From Balanoglossus misakiensis (Eukaryota; Animalia; Hemichordata): DNA of 64,000 nt. A model generated the notes under the pieces. The model did not search any database, was not told where the DNA came from, and was given only the letters and a program-made list of their open reading frames with translations. The number at the start of each line of letters is the position of its first letter. The stretch's first letter is position 1. Below, one piece after another: positions 27,664 to 42,033 of the stretch. The position numbers and the translations under genes were made by a program. The stretch lies in assembly GCA_040954595.2 (NCBI GenBank), contig CM082581.2:13341921-13405920 (forward strand). The letters are read 5' to 3'.

Positions 27664-30600
27664 ATGATAATGTCAGGGACTACGAGCAATCGTCTCATAT
27701 TGTCGTGGCTGCTTGTTTTGACATTAGCTGTTGCCAGTTTTCCATCATCAACGCAGGCACAAAGTTGCAATGATGGAGAGTGGCTCGCCGACCTCCCTTC
27801 GCTGGGAACGTTTTCAAGCACCTCCAACTCTACTGACAGTGGACTTGGAATCCTCATAGATTGGGCAAATGGATTCATAAACATAGTTCAACCGAATGAT
27901 TTACCTTACGGTGAGTATGCGATCTCTAAACGGATCAATACTGTGTGATTGTTCAGACAATGATAGGGCGTGTGCCTCTTCATCAATGTCACCATTGTGT
28001 CCGTGTCACGACACGGATCTGTCACTTGTCTGCACTTTTATGCAGCATGTATACTTGTAAATGTTGAAGATGCTGAACGCAGTGCGATATGAGCCAATTG
28101 TGCCAATTTCATCTATAATAGTCACTGTTGCCATAGTTACGATAGCATGACTAAGTTTTGTGTATGGAGGTTATGCACGATTACAGTTTAATATTCCCAG
28201 AAGAAGATGGCATGTCTTCATATCCGTAAAACTTGTTGAGAACATTCGTTAGACACCATCTTGTTCTGTGGAAAATTAAACTGTAATCGTACTATTCAAA
28301 TGTAAATTCTTATCCAGCGTTAATTCAGACCAGTTCTTCAAATGCAGTATCTATCAGCAGCATGGCAACAATAAATATAGATTATGCGGGTATAGAGACC
28401 AAATAATGGCAAGAGTTTGTTGACTGCTTCATTCAAGGGTATATTCCACATTGATTTCCTGAATCACTCGGTGATAATGCATAAACCATTGTTTAGTTAA
28501 ACTTTGTCCATTTCTATCAAAGTCACTGGCCGTAATCTTATATCATAGGGCAAAGTTGCTGACCAGAGCAGCCACAGATATCATACTGACAAAGAAAACT
28601 AGGGAAATAAATTGCTTCAATGAAAATGTACAGAAAACAATTCAGAAAGGACCGATAAGATGTGTAGACTAAAGATAATATGGATTGAAACTCTGTATCT
28701 GAAAGATTTTTTGTCAATCAGTTTGATAAATTTGATTACTGTACTTGCACTGGCAACTTTTCAATTAAAAACAGTGACCAGTTTAGTAAGTTAGCTGTCA
28801 TATGATGACAGTTTCCAGCTCTCCATGTGTAAACAGTCTAGATGGGAGGTGGGAAAAACATTAGATCGGCCTTGAAATGTGGCAGAGAGTGTATAAATAT
28901 TAACCCTACATGTTCTGTACTGGCTCTCGCGTAGTTCGCGAAAATTTATCGCTCGTGAAAATTTCCCATTTTACAGTACCTTATCTGTAGTATAATACTC
29001 GTGTGCACAATCATACAGAATACTTGATGAGTATGGTACTTATGACCATTTTCGGGGGGGGGGGGGGGGGGGAGTTGAGTATAGCAGCAGTTTGCTTATA
29101 TGTATCTCTATGAAATACCAAATCCAGTTATCTAATATTTAGAATCCATTGATTGTATATGTCCACCACTCTCTACAATTTCATCTCTTTGTTATGTAAA
29201 TTATTTTCACTAATATCTGACACAATGACGTTCCAATCTGGAGTTTTATTAGAAATGGAATTTTTGCTTCATTCCTGAGGGCATTCTTACAAATTCCATT
29301 TGAAGTATTTTCCTATGTACAAATATGTGATTTGGTCAGATGTGTGACGTTGCAAATTGTGTTTGAATTTATGTGTAGTCATAGCTGGTGTAATGGCATA
29401 TTGTACGTAAAGCAAACAATTGCTGATTTAGGTTAGGAAAATCATGAACAAGCTCTGTTTCTCATGGTATTAACAAAACAGTTCCAGATGTTGGCCATAT
29501 CTAAACTTTGTGATAGGTTGGGTGGAGAACAGCTGTCGATATGACCAACTGTAAATATTGGCCTAATACAAAATGTGCAAGTTGTTTTATGTACGGAATG
29601 ATTTTCTGTCAAATGCAAGTGTTGTTAATGTTACTGACTCACCTATACTGGGTGACCTATTTCAAACAGGAAATTGATTTTATGCTAAAATTGCAGCGTT
29701 AAAAACAAAAAGATTGTCAGTGTTAGGAAGGTGCTGTTCATGTCCACCAGTGCCTGAAATGTCAGAATCGTTGTTTTGCTCTTTTTCTTAATTATTCTGA
29801 ATAAAATTAAAACTGGGAAAATGACTGCATGCGACCTGACTGTAAAAAGAGAAGAAAAACCGAACTGGGCATATAGCACTGGTCGTGATAACCGCGTCCG
29901 CAGTTCACAAATTTAGCACTGTCTGACTGTGGAAGCTGCCATGTTGCATTGTTCGCGGCAAAGCGTTTGTTTAAATTCATCGATGTCGTTCTTTGTGCGT
30001 TTCATTTGAAGCGAATGGGCCAGTGTGTGAATTGCTCCTGTGTTGACAATGGAGGGACTCGCAATGGTTTATATGGTGTATGCGCGCTGCCCGGTTACGA
30101 TTCATGCGCTGTGTGCAGGCGTGGTGATTGCTTGACTGCTTTGGGCAAAGGTGCCATAGAGGCGCCTGTTAGTAAAGGTGTGTTGAAAATAAAAGGTGGT
30201 TGACTGTGTGGTGAGCATGGTTGGCTGATGTTGTACAGATGTTTTAAAAGGCCAGCGTGGTAAATTGTATCAGTTACACTTACAGGAATCTGTCCAAAAG
30301 CAGCTTATTCACTAAACAAGTGGTTGCTGTGCCACATAAAGAGCTAGTCAATATATATTCTGAATTATTTCCTTGTCTGTGGCTACACAATACATGTACA
30401 AGGTCACTGCATGAAGCCATAAATAACCAAAAGAGATTCAGGATTAACCTATGCATGACGTCACAAGGAAAATTGAAAATTCTTTTATATGCATACCGTG
30501 TATGACCCACCCCTTGTCAATACTATAATGGAGTCTCTCTCCATTGAGAAGATTAAAAGTTATTACATAAAATATGCACAACAAAAAAGTCACTCGTGCA

Positions 30601-33600
30601 GTGACTTTTTTCATATAAATCAATCAACTGTGCTGAACAAGTTTGTCTGTCTCAGCAGTGAACACATGAAATAATGAACGGAAAATTAATCTGTCCAAGT
30701 TACATTTATCTCACAGTATGGTGCCAGTTTTTCTGTGGAGATTATTTGGTTTACTAGTACTTGCAATCAGTTTTTACATAATGTGTGGCTGTATTCTAAA
30801 TCCGGGTAGAGTTCACATCTATATATAGATTTCAATTCGTAGGAAATGACTTTTCTGTCAAGAATTGTGAGTCATCTATGATGGTGTAGGCTGACAGTGT
30901 ACAAGCTCTGATAAGAAGTATATCCTGTGTCTGCGGTAATAATATATGCACTGCATTTCTGATTATTGCTGAAATTCTACCAGCAATATGTAGATACTTG
31001 TAGGGTGATACTGGCGTTTAAGCAGAGGTACATGTATAAACAGGATGATTGCATGCGGTGACATCCTGAATCAGGCAATGCTCTGACGTCAGGGCAAGTG
31101 TAGAGGACACATGAAAAATAACCTTTAGTATAGATTGTATGTTGATTTTAAGATGGCTTGACATTAAATGCTAATAGCATATCATTGTGTTGGTTTTGGT
31201 AGAGACATGTATGCACATAGGTGTGACTGTGATACACTTCAGGATTTCTTCTGTGTACATCCTTGTCTAGTTGATGTCAATCTTGTTTGTGAGACATGCA
31301 CGTAGCAATACAGCTTCTAAATACACCAACAGATGTGTCTGATAGCCCAGAGATAACATAATCACTTTGGTATTTAGAAATGTAACTGTCAAGATATTTC
31401 CGTGAACAATGCCGTATATTTAACTTTCAATCAATATTAATATTTGTTAGCATGACAGTTATATTGACACATGAATAGCATGACCATGCCAAATGGTCTC
31501 CTTAGAGAGAGAGGCTTAATTTAGTATTCATCGTTTCTTTCCAAACTGAAGAACAAAGAAATGATTCTTTGATGCTAGATATGTACAGCCTCAGGGACGC
31601 AGAAAAAAGGCAATTAATTGAATTGGAAGAAATCCAACCAGCTGTGAGACTGAAATGTGGCGGTGTGAAAGTATTACTTGAAATAGAAATCAACTTTCAC
31701 ATCCACCCATGCAGCTTCAGAGCACTTTTCATGTATCAAACACACAAATTCACTTAAAACCGCTGTTCATGAATATCTGTATCTCAGCAGAATTGGGAAG
31801 TCTCCCTCTCATATTTGACTCAAGACCGAAACTGACAGACAATCATGGAGCACACACTGACAATGAAGCGTTAGGTTTCATGTTGGTTTTCAGTGAAATT
31901 AAATTATTCCTTCCTGGCACGCAGTTAAGTAGGAGAAGATTAGCAAAGAGCAAGATGGCTGCCCTGAAGTCACCATTGGATCTTTTCAGTGACCATGACC
32001 ATGGATGATGAAGGAGGATGTTGCTCGTGGTTTGTTTGCCAGAGTTTGGTAAACAGGTTTATACGAGTTTTAATGCCCTTGAGACATAACGTTCTCCAAC
32101 TTGACATGCAAAACAACTGCCACTGGCATTTCACATTTGACTGCCTGGGTTAAAAATCTCCCTGGATGCCAGCGGTTGTTTTGCTTTAGAAATGCTCTGG
32201 ATTCATGCCTGTCTATAAATATTGTGGAATCTATTCCGTGTTTTTCGTGGGCCTAAGAAACACAAACGCACAAGCCTGGAAAATACAGGATAGGTTCTAG
32301 AATAGACCGGCAAACATCCCTTATTGTTTTCGTTTTAAACATCATATTTCATTCCATGTCCCTGGGTATGACGTCGGCTTCAACCAATGAAGATGATAGG
32401 ATTGCATATAAAATGCCATGGTGGTGAAAGGGTCTATGACACCATGACATCAGTGGTCAGATCTGTGTGACACCAAAATGATGTACGCTAGATTCAAGTG
32501 TCAATTTGGCGAACAGAAAGCTTCCACAGTTGACATGAGTCCAATGTGCACACACGTACACAACTACTTTACCCATTTATCACTTTAAAAATGGTTCGAC
32601 CCCCATTGATTTTTAATGGCACTGCTGGGCTCATGCACATGAAAATGGGGGGGAAAGGTTAATGAAAACAAGATCTTGGGAATTGGAAATCAAGATTTTT
32701 TCGAGGAAAATTCCGCATCAATCTAACAAGCTGACAGTTAGCACAGAATGCGATACCGTGTTTAGAAATATAAATTGATGGCTAGAAGCTTCTTAACTGG
32801 CTCATGAAGCCAGAATGCTGAATCAATCATGCAAAAATAATAAACAGTATGTCACTTTGTTAATAGCTATTTTGCTTCAGGTAAGGTTGGAAGCTCGGTA
32901 AACAAGGTCTGTTTGAAGAAATACAATACCAGGAACAGGAATGACATAAGCTATATTATGCAAGACTCGTTCTTTAAAAAAGTGGGAAGAAATCTCCCGG
33001 TTTTCTGACTTCTTGTTCGAGTACAGCTGTGAATTCTATATCTATCCAGGCTGATATATAAGAAAAATATTTGGCAGTTCTTTTCTTACACAGAAATTGT
33101 AACTATAAATAGTTACATGTGCATTTCGCTTTAGGGTTACATGTATACATGTACATATTCAGCAAATGCCATCTATGTTAAGTGCTGTGTGTCACAAAAC
33201 GAAATACATTCTGTTCAACCGGGCAGAAAATTACAAGTAAATTGCCAATTCCATGCGCTTTATATGAGAAAGCCTTTTATCTGATTACAGTTGAATAAAC
33301 TGCTGAATATTGTTCAATGGCCACTCTCTTAATCTGAGATCTTTTTCTGTCACAGCCTCAGTCTTATCTGTGTGTGATTGATGTGAGCTGCGTGGTGGCT
33401 GATATTAATTTACAAAATAAATGTTTCCCTTTTTCAGCATTATAAGTTGGATATAACATCAAATTTGGTTTGTTTCTGTAATTTTTTGGCAGGTTTGACA
33501 TTTTTCTTTGTTTAGTTGTGCATGCAGGGCAGTTCTGAACTGGCATTGGCGAGTCTAAGATCTGTGCAACTAAATGGGAGAATAGAGATATTAATTCATA

Positions 33601-36600
33601 TTTTTGCTGATAGGAGACATATTAGTGATAGAAATATTTGTGTACGTGTGAGTTCTATCGGGCACATGTTTGCACAGGACATAGAGTATATTTATCTGTC
33701 AATTTGAACTGGACATTGAGCCTGACAATGCATATTTACTGAGCCCTGACATTTGTTTTAACTTTGAACCTGGTAGGGAATAATTGATTTGTCCGGGAAC
33801 TGCTGAGAATTATATTTTTTATCGTCTGTCACTTGCTTTATGTACCCAGTAAAGCGCTAGTTTGACTAAAGGTGGTTTGGTATTTTCTGTTATTGCTCAA
33901 CACAACAACCCGGATACTAACTGCAAGTAGGATTATAGGTGATCATTTTCTTGATAAAGATCTTTCAGACTCAGCACTCACAAATGAAACATTCGACTTC
34001 AGCCAGATTGTGTGATGTGATAAACACGTGTAGTACACTGATAATTACTGGTTCGCATGAGAGCAGGACATGACATTCTGTAAATTTGACATTTTTTTAA
34101 TCAGTTTTTGTAATTTAGATAAAAATTTACATTCACAGTTTAATTATTATTCCCACTTTGGTATGATAATGATCAATCTGATTAAAATCAGATGTAGGGA
34201 ACGGCGACTTGGTTTTTTTATGCTGTCAAAAAACCAAGTCGTCGTTCCCTACATCTGATTTTAATCAGATTGGATGATGATGTGAATTTGCTTGTATCAA
34301 TTGTACTTCTGCAGTTTTGCACATCATTGATATTCTACTGGCTTGCTTCAATTTTCCAGTTGTATAATCACTTACGTCATGCAGTTCTAAGCCCTTCCAC
34401 TTTTTATTCAGAATGGGAAATTGGATCAATATCTCTTATTGTGCTCTGTGAAAATCATTAAAAGAACCTTTGATATATTCTGTCCTTGTCAAACAACCGA
34501 GATTTGTTTATCAGAACTCCGTTTTTATTATTTTGTGACAGATGTCTTGTGAGTGGAGATTAAGACATGTGCAAATTTCACATATTTTTGTAAACATGGT
34601 ACGAAATTTGACCCAAAAACGTCTCTTTCGGGGGAAAACCTATTTTGAAGACTGACATTCTGATTATTACACATAATCTTTTTATTTAATTATGTAGGAA
34701 TTGAAAGGCTGTGTGTAAGTTGTGCCTTTGTGCTAATTTAGATGTGTTATTTAAAGCCGATAAAATAAAATTGTCAGCACATAAAACGTGGCAATTCAAT
34801 GGACTCGCTAAATTTGCGGCACCTTGTAGTACATGCCATGTCTTAGAGAAATTTAATAAGAGGCCACATGGCCATGTGTGGACATTAGTCATATTTGTTT
34901 TTGTATTATTTATAGCAGTAAAGGTTAAACCCTCGCTTTTGCTGAAGGTCATGGACAACACAATAAGTGTAATAAACTTTAACTTCTGGAACAGGATGCA
35001 CTCTTGGAACTCAGTACAGTGACCCCAGTATTTTATGGATTTTAAAATGTAAAAAACATGGTAAAAATCCTGGATGTATTTGGTATGTTTAATGCTCATG
35101 TATTAGAAGCCTTCTTTGACTGATCCTGTGGCATTTCTGTTTTTTTCCCTTCTAATATTTGCAGAACTCATTCGCGATGGAATGAATCAAACACTAGATG
35201 ACAGATTCCAAGCCGACCAAAAAGGTTTCATCCTTCAGGTAAGAGGGGTGGATACATTACGTCTAGTATGAGACATTATTTTATTTTCTTCATGGATAAA
35301 AGACATGTTTGTCCACATGATGAATACTTCCATAGTGAAATTTTGTGGTTGGAACCAGAAATGTTATCATTTTAAATCGTCAGTCAGAGATCACAGCTGC
35401 AGGCCCTTTCTCCTGTTGATGAGTCTTTTCAGAACACCTGACTTTGAAATATTTTTCTTTCCTTCACAGGGAATGGAGTACATGGCTGGCTTCATAGTAT
35501 GTCTTCTTATTGGGATATTGTACATACTGATTATGCCAATAGTGTGTCTTTGTTTTTGTTGCTGTCGTTGCTGTGGCTGTTGTGGTGGTAAACGGGTCCA
35601 GAAAGTGACAAAGTATAGCACTTGTAAAAGGGTCTACTTCTCTATATCGCTGCTTCTTATAACAGTGGTCATGGGGTAAGTTTTGTATGAAGCAAATGTA
35701 TGCACAAACACAAGTGCTATATGTTTTTGTTTTCATACTGTTTTATTCAGGGATGTGAACACCAGATTTTGTGTGTGACAGCTTGCAAAAATAAAGGTGT
35801 GCGTGAACCGGTAAAGATGAGAATAAACCTTTGTTAGGAAAAAATCCCCAAGAAATGCTATCGGTACTAACATTTTCAGTCTTTGTATGTTTGTTCTGCA
35901 AAGTGAAAGAAAAATAGAATGCTGGAACACTGACAAAAGGGTAGCAAAGTTTAATCTTTAATAAGTTACAACACTGTCTGCGTTGGCATTTGATAACTTG
36001 TTTGTAGGCGTGGTTTCCAAGTACCAAATGATTGGCTTGAAAATCTGCAGAGTAGTGTGACTGGCAGGCATTGTGTACATATAGACATAAGATTGGCATT
36101 TGTCTTTCTGGTTTGATTTCAGGGCTGGTGTTGCCTGTACAAGCTTATCAAATGACTGGGTGTCAGAAAGTAACGGTGAAATTTATGATTCCTTCACTTA
36201 CATGCTGGATGACACTGTCACTTTTCTGGATGGAGCTGTTGGAGTGAGTTACTATGGTTTTTTTTAAATGTGGGAGTATGTTAGACTCTCTCACAGCCCC
36301 TCTCGCCGTCCATGCAGGCTTATGGTCTGATTGCATGTGTGCCCGACGAGAGATTCGCTACCCAACACCAAACGTTGCTTCTCCCTTGCCAAACGGTTGA
36401 GGGCGTGTCAGTGAAGAGCCTTGTTGTAGCGAACCGTGGGCTGTGAGAGAGTCTAGGAGTATGTATGATGTGTGTGTGTGTGTGTGTGCGTGTGTGTGGG
36501 AGTAGAAGTAGTAGTTCTGAGGATAAAACAAAGGAAGGCTTGGAGAGGGAGGAGGGAGAATAGAGAGGAAGGAGGGAGTGAAGGAGGGAGAGAGAAATTA

Positions 36601-37861
36601 AGCTATCCTAATTACACAGGCTCCTTGCCATCACCATATGCTCAGCCCCACGTCTAATTTTTCTTTGATCAACAGCAACTGGAACACATCACTTCCTGTG
36701 AGCTGTTTGCAACAACAGATCGTGTAATGGTGGAGTTGGATAGTAAGTTCTTTTGTTTGTTTCATTAAAGAACATATTTGTTTTACATTATTGTGGATAA
36801 ATGTGCAAAGCGTACATAATTGTAGAAGTTTTTACGAAACTTTTGACGATGAGATACATTGATGATGGGTGAAATTTCACCTGGAATTGAACACACTGCA
36901 ATACAAGCAAAACAGTATGTTCATGTTGTTGTAACAGCCTTTTGATAGTCGTACATGTGGAGTAGACTTTACTTACTCTGGTTTGTCAAGCAGCTATGCA
37001 TCGTTAAACTTGATATTTTTTTATTTCTTCTATGACAATAAAACTCCATTTATGTTGTCTGTCCACAGATATAGGTACAAGACTTGGAGTCCCCCTTCAA
37101 GAGTATGTGAATGATACTTGCGCACCTATTTTTCAGGAGTTGGACACATTTACAGAGAGTAAGTAGGAGAGGTATCTCATACTTCAGCGAATGATTAGAG
37201 AAATTGAATTGTTTGCATATTGCAATGAAACTTGAGATATGTTTGGCCAGAATGGTTTGGCTGAGGGGTATGCCCTTTACTGGCGAGGGTGGCATCTGAT
37301 TAATAGTTTGGTTGTGTATTTTCTCGCCTTTTGTAGCATTGGATGAAGCTCTTGTGGTCATGGAACACGTCAACGACCTGGTGACTGTGCTGGAAAAGAA
37401 CGCGACAATGCTGGCGACGGAGTTGGAAGACACGGCAACCCAGCTAGATAGTACAGTGGGGGATTGTGGAAGTGCCTGTGATATGATTGATACAAGTCTG
37501 CTGACCATTGGCATGAACTTTTCCTCTGTAAGTATGGAACCTGGAACTCTGTAACAATATAATGGTGTAACGAAGACCCAAAATGTATTTCTTGTAACTA
37601 ATACATAAGATAATGTTCATGTTACTAATTTTAATTCGCTATGTTTTCAGCTACCAAATTTGACAGAAGATTTGGGTTCCCTTAAAGAGTTGTTGAATGG
37701 AGACTTCTCCAATGAGACTGAGAAGGTGAGTGTCTTGCATGCATGCATGCATGTATGTATGTATGTATGTATGTATGTATGTATGTATGTATGTATGTAT
37801 GTATGTATGTATGTATGTATGTATGTATGTATGTATGTATGTATGTATGTATGTATGTATG

Positions 37862-37892
<31 letters not shown>

Positions 37893-40800
37893 CTGCTGGA
37901 ATAAAGTGTAACATGTATACTTTCTGGTTGCCTAGGCGAAAGACGCATTCAACGGAATTCCTCAAACAATAGAGGACCAAACTGCAGTAGGAGTCCATAA
38001 CATCAGCACTGCACTTACAGATTTGGAAGAAGAAGTCGCTGTCATCTTTCATAATGCCACGCAGTTGATAGACGATGTAAGCTTTCTATAATATCCTCCT
38101 GTACATTGTTGTTTTGACATATAACCTTTCAGAATGGAGAATGGTGGTGTGTGACTCTGTTTAAATCTTTGTGCTCTTCTAGATGAAGAAGACAGTAGAA
38201 GAAATAAAAGTTGATTCTCAATATTACTGGGATCTTGTAAAACAAATTGATGACTACAGGTAAGAAATTCAATCATAATCGTTCCTGTCGTTTAATACTG
38301 AAGAAGTCGCCCCATAGAAGAGTGAACCAGTCAACATTTTTTTCAGTTCTCAAAATACAGTTTATTCCTTCTTAAAAAGAGTTTACTGCGAGTTTATTCT
38401 TTACAATGAAGCTGAGTACAAGAAAAAGGTACAAAGTCCTGGCCATATTCTGGGTGTGTGAGGTTTTTTCCTATATCCACTCCACAAATTTGAAATGATA
38501 GATCTATGTGTCATTTTTCTTGTTATGTACTAGGTACTACACGGTGATCGGCTTAGCTTGCCTGACTCTCTTGATAGTGGTGATAAACGTAGCCGGCATG
38601 TCCATGGGTTTGTGTGGGACCAAGAGGGATGCGCATCCAATGGAGAGAACTCGCCTGTCGAACGCAGGTGGCAACATCCTGATGGCGTGAGTACAATTAT
38701 CTTGTTGGCATTCACGGATTCATGCCTTTTGTGAATTCAGATGGGCAGCTTCTGGTCTGACACAACTTTCCATTTCTTGCAGTGGCGTTGCATTCTCCTT
38801 CTTTTTCTCTTGGCTGCTGATACTGATTGTGATGATCTTGTTCTTTGCGCTTGGCAACGTGGGTCAGCTGTGTGAACCACTGAATACCCTGGAGATCTGG
38901 GAAGAGGTGAGTGTCGTAATTTTTCTTCAACATACATGTACTTGGCACTGACCCACTGAGAGAACTAGCACCCCTGTCAGTGATACACCATGTTTGATAG
39001 GTCCAAACACACAATCTTAGAATCAAGAAGGTAAATGAAAAAAAGATGACACTTTTATTTGTTTGCTCTTCTATTCACAGACTATAGATTATCCATATTT
39101 GCTTAATGACGAAGGATATTTATTAAGTGGTTTGATCTACGATGATCCATCGATCAACCTGACAGTATCTGGAATCCTGAGTGACTGTGGATTGGACCTG
39201 TCCCTCTACAATGCATTAATGCTGGAACATCAAATTAACCTGACTGTACTCACTAATTACAAAGACGTAAGCATGGAGAAGGATTTTGTTCATTTTGCGA
39301 TGTGTGGATCCCCCCAAAAGGGTTCAGAAGATGTTCAGGGTGTGGATTAAATAGGTTGTGCAATAATCAACATGAGAGGGGCGCAAACGGTCTCTTACCC
39401 ACCTCACAGGCCATTTCTTTAAATACAGAACACTTCAATAGATGTACAATGTTCACAGTTCCCCATTAAAGAACAGTACAGTGTGCTGCTGTTCCACACA
39501 TCTACATCTACTGATCTTGACAACTTTGAATCTTTCAGAATCTGGAGATAGAGTCAGCTATCCACGATATTCTAAAGGATATAGACTTGAGTAGCCTGAC
39601 AATATTTCCTGATGAACTGAACAAAACCCTGCTAGAGTTCAAGTCAACCTTACAGTCTCTCAATGAATCTCTCTCTGAATACACAGAAATGGTGAGTGTA
39701 AACTTGTTGGTACCAAAACATCAAGTTCCCGTGGAAAAAGTCCATGGTGTTTTTACCAAAAAGATGTTTTTGTTTCTGCTATATTTTCTGTGAGATAATC
39801 AGAGTCAAAGTTTTTCTTTTTCAAGGTAGTTTCAAGGAATCAGGACTTTGTACATGCAGCTATGATGTTATGGCTTCTTGAAGGCTCGACATTGTAAACT
39901 TCAGACATACGCCCTCTGTGTCAAGGAGGATGTCCACTGCAGATCAGTGACTGCAGATTGTGCAATACATCTTTCAAGATTTCACTTCTGTAACATATGT
40001 TTTTGTTTAAACTATCTAATGTATGTTTCTACATTTCTGAAGTTATTAATGATGTTTTTTTCCTGATCCAGTTGTCAAATAACAATATTACAGAAGTGGA
40101 TCTCTTGGTATATGCTGATCGACTGTATGATCTATCTGTCAGTCTAGATAATGTAAGTATGTCTCTAGTACACACCATACCATCACCTTCTTATGTAGAG
40201 ACATTGTCGTACACTGCTTGTCTGTTATTGTGCAAATTGTTACACTGTGTGTCTGACTGCTTTTAAACCAGCACGCAAAAGAACTACCTAATTCTAGAAT
40301 ATTTCCTTTGTATATCAGTACACGATCACTGTCAACAGTTATCTTGAAAAGAAATTATTTGCTTTTTGACAAGTGCTCGTTGTAAAACACTTCATAACTT
40401 GATGTGTTTGTTCGTTACACACACAGGATACAATATCACCGGCTCTGAATGAAAGCGCAGCTGATCTGACCAGGATTCACTACCAGTACGTTGTACCCAT
40501 GGAGATTGCTTCAGTAAGTCCGAATTGACCACATGCAAGGGTTGTGAGTGGCCTTGATATAAAAATAAACAATGTCCGTGTGCAGCTAGTATTTCATCAT
40601 GTGAAAAATATGATTACTGCATGAATTAAGTGGAACAAATACACCTATATACAGTGCATCATTCTATCAAATATGGATAGACGTACATTTACAGTATTTT
40701 TCTGCTGCACTCTCTCCTCCAAACAGGACATGTTGCTTGACGAGATAGACAAACTGGGAGTCCTGAGTCTTGAACTACAGAACTCCATCGATGATCTGAT

Positions 40801-42033
40801 CGTAGCATTTGAAGAGGCCGATGAAAAGATATCGTCCAACGATACGCTGATATTTATTGAGAACGAGCTTCTGGCTTTCTCTGACGAACTTCTGAACTAC
40901 ACTGATCAGTATGTTGAATACACTGTCTATCAGGTTAGTACTGACTGCGCAGACTATGATTGAAGTCTGGGGTAAAATATGTTTACGTGGCAACATTAGT
41001 GGAGCATCTCTTAAAAGGGGTTAGCTGCTGTGACATTTGATATTTTTAGTTTCTTCTTCCTAAACCTTCTTAACTTACGCTGTTACTCGACCCTTTAAAA
41101 GAACCTGTACATTGCAGCTAGTGTTGACATTGTTTTAATACAACTAACTCAAGTCCACACTTCAGTTCATCATGTGCAATGTTAGAGATAGACATACTGC
41201 AGAATGTTCACTATGTCAGTCACGGTGGTTTTAATTTTTGTTGTATGAATTACATATGTTTGCTTATAGATCAGTGAAGAATTAGCTCGCTGTAAGCCCA
41301 TTAGGACAATTTATGATTCTGCCGTGGTAGCTCTCTGCAACTACGCCATCGACTCGCTGGTAAGGAAAATTCTCAAGCTTGCTTCATAAAGTTGAAAACT
41401 GTTCGCAATCAACTACATGTACACTAAAAAGCTAACACGAAGTCTGGTTTTGGGTGTTGCCAGCACAGAACAGCTTTGAAAGTGTTCAGTTGACTTCATC
41501 ACAGTGTGTGTGGCAAATTCTGATATTGCAAAGATAGAGAATGATCTAAATTTTCCTTGCGCAAAATACAAGTAAAAGGTTAAAGACTTATTTTGAGACG
41601 ATAATGAGTGATTCATCCAACTTTGTCTTCTGCTTTTCAGCATTTGATCTGGTTCACACTGGGGTGGTGCATGTTCTTCTACGTGCCGAGCATCATATTC
41701 GCCGTCAAGCTGGCCAAGTACTACCGCATCATGTCGGCTGAGCACAAATCCAAGAGCAAGAAGAAGAAGAAGAAGAAAGGCAAGGATGATGTTGAGGATC
41801 TGGCCATGAAGGACATGAATGGAGAACCAGAGATTCCACCTTATGGAGGTGATACAGCTATTACAATCACATTACCTTCCACTAACCTTATAAATAATGA
41901 CGAGTACAGAAACGTCCCAGAAAACTCCATTTTAGTCGGGAAAAGGGGCAAGAGGTATAAACTCACGTACGTTCCGGAGGATGGGGACGGCGGAAATTGC
42001 TTCGTGCCGGTGCTTCATGAAGCTGATTGTTAG
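27664..42033 (+). CDS. PROM1: Prominin (5-TM glycoprotein), short-tail isoform ~920 aa, 19 coding exons
   Basis: join(27664..27910,35165..35238,35470..35675,36123..36243,36676..36742,37069..37158,37337..37527,37651..37725,37936..38076,38183..38259,38534..38686,38783..38906,39081..39266,39539..39691,40072..40152,40427..40513,40727..40933,41270..41359,41641..42033), 2763 nt, phases consistent. Shows a signal peptide, FINIVQP, TM1 followed by the Cys-rich FCCCRCCGCCGG, SNAGGNILMA, GNV..LCEP, ARCKP..YD...LC and WFTLGWC..FYVPSIIFAVKLAKYYR. The symbol denotes family membership, not strict orthology. Confidence 0.93.
28926..28978 (+). mobile_element. Solo right end of a TA-flanked MITE, similar to the element at 63607-63784
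   Basis: ttcgcgaaaatt...ctcgtgaaaatttcccattttacagta resembles the ctcgcgaaaataaagtggtttacagta terminus at 63758-63784. No matching left end seen. Confidence 0.5.
34174..34272. repeat. Long inverted repeat/hairpin (~45-bp arms, ~9-nt loop) in prominin intron 1
   Basis: The left arm caatctgattaaaatcagatgtagggaacggcgacttggtttttt is the reverse complement of the right arm apart from one G/A difference. Confidence 0.9.
36282..36455. mobile_element. Non-autonomous DNA transposon (MITE), 174 bp, 18-bp perfect TIRs, 9-bp TSD
   Basis: TIRs TAGACTCTCTCACAGCCC / GGGCTGTGAGAGAGTCTA, flanked on both sides by GGAGTATGT (36273-36281 and 36456-36464). Confidence 0.9.
37751..37890 (+). repeat. (ATGT)n microsatellite, ~35 units, prominin intron 8
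   Basis: Perfect tetranucleotide run; source of the MYVC/HTYI ORFs. Confidence 0.97.

Noticed and set aside
37651-38052. ORFs with HTYI/MYVC repeats
   Set aside because: Translations of the (ATGT)n microsatellite in a prominin intron.
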